Shown here: in pieces, positions 58,685 to 64,000 of the stretch | How the letters are laid out: the number at the start of each line of letters is the position of its first letter | Numbering within the stretch: position 1 is the stretch's first letter | Assembly (NCBI GenBank): GCA_004431415.1 | Contig: QPMI01000439.1 | Location: forward strand, 310,001 to 374,000 | Reading direction: 5' to 3' | Length of the DNA stretch: 64,000 nucleotides | Origin: Cyanophora paradoxa CCMP329 | Lineage: Eukaryota > Plantae > Glaucophyta | Program-made: the position numbers and the translations under genes | The notes under the pieces: generated by a model | What the model was told of the DNA's origin: nothing | Seen by the model: only the letters and a program-made list of their open reading frames with translations | Databases searched by the model: none

Positions 58685-60001
58685 CTACGATGCCAGAACC
58701 TGGCGCGCCACGAGGACCCGCGCCGAGGCGGGCAGGGAATGCATCCATATATCCTTCGCAAGGCCGTGGAGCGCGGCTTCGGATGTGGGGACGGCCCTTG
58801 TTGCGCTCGTCGGGCGGGGGGAGGCGGCGCCGGAGCAGCAGAGGGCGGGCGAGTGGGGGGAGCACTGGCACGAAACCTCCGGGTCCTGCGTGATGTCCGA
58901 CGCTGCCGGGGACGAACCGCCCGAGGAACAGTAGGACCGCTGCTCGACCAGGGCCGCCCGCGGCCCGTTTGCTGCCGCGACGGCCGCCGCGGCCGCTGCC
59001 GCGATCGCGGCTGCTGCGACGGCTGTGGAGAAGAAGGATACGGGAGTGGGGCAGGCGGCGGCGGCGGCCGTTGCGGGGATGAGGGCGGGGAGGAGGAGCG
59101 AGGAGGACGAGGGGATGGACATCATGGAAGCCTCCGTGGGAGCGGAGGAGGCGCGGGACGAGGCAAGGGAATCGATATCGCAGACGGCGAGGATGCCGGC
59201 CTCCGTCGGGTCCGGCTGCTGCAGGGCGTCGTAGTACAGCGCGAACTCGTCCGGAGACAGGACAAGGTCGAAGCGGATCAAGAAGAGGAACTCTGCGAGG
59301 CGGGGCTCCGTCAGCGGACGCCCCAGAGCGCATGAATCGATATCAGAAGGGCGAACCGAGCTCGAGCGCGTTCATTTCCTGCAGGGGCACGCCCCCTATC
59401 CGCGCGAAATACGAATTGCTGTCAAAGAAGTCGTCCACGAACTTTGTTGCGCACAGCAGCGCTGCAAGGAAAAGCCTGCGCGCAGGTCGAGTCAGTACAC
59501 TGAAGAGGCCGAACGGGGCGAGTGATGTCAGGCGGCCGCGCACCGGTGGACGGTGAGGGGAGTGACTTGAACGACCCTCCGCTGTATCAACCGGTCCACG
59601 TACGCAAAGGCCACCAGGAAGGACTCGCTGCTGCAATGCGAATACCTGCGTACACGAGGATAAGCAAACGCACATGCGCAAGAGACCAACGTGACAGGGA
59701 GAACGCACTTCCTGAACCGGGAGACATACTCGGGGAAGGAGATCGGAGGCAGTACTGAGGAGTGGAAGAGCGACACCGGGCCCTCCAAGATGCAGACCGG
59801 TGCCGGCTCCTCGCGGGTCTCGTTCGCTGCTGCCACCAAAATTGATGCGATCGACGCCATGACACGATCCTCGGCTGTCGGGGTGCTCGGCCCCGAGGAC
59901 CGAGGCTCGTCATCGGAACTGCTCGCCATGGCGCACTCGGCAACGACGCGGGGACGCCGGGTTTCGAGCGCTGCCAGATCTCTGGAGCTGGGGCGCTTCA
60001 T
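58685..60001 (-). CDS. Pho80-like (P/U-type) cyclin
   Basis: FHSSVLPPISFPEYVSRFRKYSHCSSESFLVAFAYVDRL, TVHRLFLAALLCATKFVDDFFDSNSYFARIGGVPLQEMNALELEFL. Confidence 0.93.
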
Positions 60002-62606
60002 CTGTGCTGCGAGGGAGCGCGCTGGGCTGCTTATGTGCTTCGCTTTGTTATGAGACTGCTAGGAATGAACTGTTTGCTGCAGTTGTCGCCCGTCCCCTGG
60101 ACTTGTCTCCCACGCGCGCTACACCTGCAGGGCCACGCATTTTCCCGATCGTAGCTTCCTGTACCCCGTAAAGGTCCCACGGGGATTGGCCGGAGAACCC
60201 GTGCACAGACAATACGTACCCCCTTAGCATCTCGGGATCCGATTTCCTTAGCATCCCGGGGAGGCCGCGATCGGCCCCTCGGCGGGCCTCGCCTCCAACG
60301 CTAGGCGCGATGTAAGCTTAGGGCTCTAGATCTCCAGACCGTCGTTCGCGGATCGAATCGTCGCCGCGGTGACGGCCTTAAGCGTCGTACGCGCGCGTAC
60401 GCGTATTCTGTATACGCTGCGCGCGGCGCGCGCGTTGCGGCCGACGCTAGCTAGCTATACCCGGCGTTGCGATCGTTTTGGGATGCTGCGCGCGTATACG
60501 TACGCGTGGTGCGACAGTCGTGGCAGCCACCATGTGCATGCTGGCGCCATGAGCTGGAGGCAGGCATGCCCGCCATGAGGCAGCTACCAGGGCTGACCGC
60601 GGCCGAGCACGAACGAACCACGGTACGCGCGAGCCGACGCCGTCGCGCGCCGGTGCCCGCTCCAAGTATACGCGCGCGCGAAGCTAAACTAGACTGGCCC
60701 AGCGCAGCTCCGCCGACGCTCGCGCTGGCTCTGGACCTGCAGCTGCTGGCGCTGGCGCCGGCCGCGGCCCGGCGGATATATGCCGCGGGGGCGCCGCCTC
60801 GCGCCTGACCACGCACCGCATGCTCAGCTATAGCTATAGCACCCGCTGAGCGTACGCGTACGTCCACCGCAGCGCTCTGTCTCTGCCCGCCTGCGGCTCT
60901 GTCTCCACGTGCACCTCTTCCAGGCTTATGATCAGCAGGCTCATTCTTCGTCTCCAACTCCTCGCGGTTGTGCCTGTTGAGCTCTGCACGTACGTGGCTT
61001 TCTTCAACGCGCGCGCACGCCTGGCACGTGCACGAGCCTCAGGCGCCCTAGCTATATAGCGCGCAAGCGCTGTAGGCATCCCATATGCATTCGCGCGCGC
61101 GCGCGCGCGTGGGGCCCGCTTTCCGGGATCCCGGTCCCGGCGGCCTGCGATGCCCCCGCCCGCTGACCTGCAGGCCCCAGCCGCCAACAGCAAACCTGAT
61201 GCGCGGGCGCTGCGCCGCGGCGCGCCTCATCGGAGGCTGGCCTGCAGCTGCGCGGCGGAAGGAGCGGCACGTGCACAGCCGCAGCGCCGGGCGCGAGGCG
61301 ATCAGCGGGCCAGGCTGACGCAACGGCCCTAGTTGATGCGCGTCAGCACATGCCCCTCCGAGGCTCTGTCTCGGCGCGCGGGCCCTCGCCGAGTCGCGGC
61401 CGGCGGCGCACTATCCGCCGCCCCGCGATCGCGAACTTCGGAAATCCAAGCTCTGCTAGCGCTGAGAGACGTCCCCGGCCCCGAAGCTCTCTCCGGCGCA
61501 GCTTGGCTTTGGTGCTGGTCCGGTTACCCTCTTACCCCCTTCGAAAGGTGCAGCCCAGGGGCCCGCCGGCTCGCCGTCTCCCCCCCTCCGAGGCTCCCCC
61601 CGCCAGCGCTAGCGGCGTTCAGCCGTTGGCCATGGCCATGGTTTCCCGCGGATCGGAAGGGTCGCGGTCTCCGGGAGGCACTTGGCCGCCCGGCCGGCGT
61701 CGGCGCGAGCGGAAAGCACCGCACCGCGAGGCGGCTCGGCTCCGGACCCAAGCCCTGGCCCCGGCGGCCGCGCTTTGAAGCTTAAGGCCCCTGCGGTGGC
61801 GGCGGCCCCACCGCTTCCGTGGCCGTACCGCGAATGCTACGGCGTAACACCCTCCCCCTCCCCCCTCCCCCCCCCCCCCTCCCCCCTTCCCCGCTGCCGC
61901 TCCAGCGACTGGGGCGCATGCAGGGTGCGGAGCCGACGAATTCGAAACAGCCTTCCTGGAGTCCTCCTCCAGCCCCGGCCCCGGCCCGCTCCTCCTCTCG
62001 GGGGCGGGGAGGGGGCGCGGCGGGGGAGAGGAGAGGAGCGAGTTAATAGTATAGTTAATTCAGACAGCTATATAGCTAACTTATAGCGGCACCCCAAACG
62101 TTAACGCGTACGGCCGCTGTGCGGGAGGCAAGTCCCTTTAGCTAGGCTTTCAGCTCGCGATCATCGGATCTGTAGCTAGGCTTTCAGCTCGCATCCGTAG
62201 CTACCAAGCTCGAATACATATACTAAACTTTGAATCAAGCATAGCCTGAATAATCGAGGGCTACAAGTGGCGAGCCTCGGGAGGGGACGGCGCCAGGAGT
62301 ACAATTGAAGTGAGTAGGGGCAGCTGCGCATGCAGAGACGCAGGTGACTTGAGCTAAGGCCACGGGGCGGCCAAGGCGGGAAAAGACGGATAATTTGATG
62401 GAGCTTCGACGTCGGCCGGCCATGGAGAGGCACGGCAAGATTGAAGGTCGGGCGCATGTGCATAGGGCGAGCGGAAGGCGGAGGCATTGCCAGAGGAGCC
62501 TCCGAGAGGAGAGCCGCTGAGCTGTAAAACTAGGGCGGAGCGCAGCTTCTCGCGGCTCCACGGAAGAGTGTCGCAGTGCGCGGCTCCACGCAAGAGTGTC
62601 GCCGTG

Positions 62607-63603
62607 CTAGATGTCGACGATCACGTAGATGTCGGTGCGCTCGTCCTTCTCGTGCACCTGCGCGCGGGCGTGTGGTAAGAAGGCGGCGTGCGACGGGGCG
62701 CGGCGCGCGAGGGGCGAGAGGGGCGCGGCGCGCGAGGGGCGAGAGCGGCGCCGGCAACGACGCGCCTGCATGGCTGAGTACGTGATTGCCTTGACCTCCG
62801 TCCCCACGCTGTGCTTGCTGCGGTCGTAGGTCTCGCCTTGGCTGCGGCGGGCGGTGCGCTTGAGCCAGGGTACTGCAGAAGAACATGAGAGGGCGAGGAT
62901 GGCAGGCCGGGCGCACGCGTGGGCAGTGATCGTCCAGTTCTCGCGGTCGAACTCGACGACGCGAATGTACTTCGCGACGAAGAACTCGGTCGAGAAGATG
63001 AACAGAAACTCATCCATTATGGCGAACAGCATGGAGAACATGTCGTGGCCTGCACGCGCGCGTCGCACGGGGCGCGGAGCGGCTTGGGGCGGGCGCGCGG
63101 ACCAGACGCCGTCACAGTGCGGGTCAGGCTTCCGTCGATCTCCACCAGGTCGAGGTCAGTGATGTAATTCATCATGGCGATGATCACAGAAGCGATGGCT
63201 TCCTCCGTTGTTGCGCCCCCTGAGCGTGGTCATGTGAGCGCGGTCGGCGTCACAAGCGTTGCGGGGCCGGGACGAGCGGGGCGCGTACAAGAATGCAGCT
63301 GTATATCCGCAGTGTGGTCTAGATCTGCCGGGGAGATGTTAGGACTTGGGCAAGCGGACCCGCGACGCGCTGCAGCGCCGAAGACACCGGGCCGCAGAGC
63401 GCACACTCATAGTGATGCTCCGTGGGCGCATCCGGAATCGTTGCGCCGCTAGGGCCCTTCCCGCCAGTCTCCGCGACGTCGCCTGCCTCGCCCGCCGGCA
63501 CGTCCACTTCCTCCGAGTCGGCAGGCTCGCCGGCGCGCTCGGGCGTGCTGGCACGCACGCGCTTGACGCGTGGGGGGCGCTGAGGCAGCGGGGCACTCTC
63601 CAT
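62607..63603 (-). CDS. ZBTB8OS: Archease (RtcB tRNA ligase cofactor)
   Basis: LDHTADIQLHS, GHDMFSMLFAIMDEFLFIF, GETYDRSKHSVGTEVKAITYSAMQV, IYVIVDI*. Confidence 0.93.
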
Positions 63604-63799
63604 GTGCCGGAAAGCTCTAGTGTCAGACGAGTGAAGTTCTTGGGGTACTATCCACGAGTGGTCGGGGTACAGTGCCGTACCAGTGGAGCGCTAAATGGCC
63701 TGCAGTTGGGCGGACAGCGCAACGCTGCTGCTCAGACCATTACCCCGCCCCCGCAGTGCTAATCTCGCATCCCCGACCGCGTTCGCCGCTTGCTGCAGC

Positions 63800-64000
63800 A
63801 TGGACCCCGCCCAGCGCCAGCCGAGAGTCCGCCGCCAGGCCGGCGGCAGCACCGCGTCGGCAGACGCGCCCGCCAAGACCGATCGGACAGCCGGCACCAG
63901 CGCTGCTAGCAGCTCGACCCCGGCGCCCAAGTCGCCCGAGCACCTCTTTGTTTTCGTGCACGGCCTGGTGAGCGCTTCATATTCATGACTGATTTGAATC
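63800..64000 (+). CDS. 5' end of putative DUF676 serine esterase/lipase (partial)
   Basis: MDPAQRQ...PEHLFVFVHGL followed by a GT donor; HLxVxVHGL is the usual start of this domain. Confidence 0.6.

Noticed and set aside
60050-62600. Possible genes or transposon remnants between the cyclin and archease
   Set aside because: The ORFs lack motifs or a consistent exon chain; mostly palindrome-rich intergenic sequence.

Overview
Gene-dense, GC-rich eukaryotic nuclear DNA with many short spliceosomal introns (GT-AG and frequent GC-AG), so most entries in the ORF track are fragments or spurious; the gene models below were spliced by hand. Plastid transit peptides with an early Phe (MAFTC..., MSEHAFV...), a nuclear psb27 and flagellar genes suggest a flagellate alga with a primary plastid, most likely a glaucophyte such as Cyanophora (inference). 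Conserved genes: F-box protein, hormone-sensitive-lipase-like hydrolase, VPS37, amidohydrolase-3, a putative axonemal protein, RUS/DUF647, DNAJC3/P58IPK, ROPN1L/RSP11, bestrophin, type I metacaspase, Psb27, Pho80-like cyclin, archease, and the start of a DUF676 lipase. Two visibly lower-GC but intron-containing islands encode unusual immunity-like fusion proteins that are hidden across exons. (1) 36628-41053 (-): a dynamin GTPase domain without stalk/GED, fused to an EH domain, a Pro-rich linker and a C-terminal TIR domain that keeps the catalytic-position Glu. (2) 22284-28344 (-): a type II membrane protein with a Pro/Thr stalk, a YfaP/DUF2135-like domain, Cys-rich repeats and a C-terminal T4-type (GH24) lysozyme with an intact E-D-T triad. 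Also notable are a ~370 bp-arm inverted duplication carrying divergent Ada-type Zn-finger genes, repeated 'echo' copies of exon/5' splice-site junctions inside CTAG-rich introns, and palindrome-saturated intergenic DNA.
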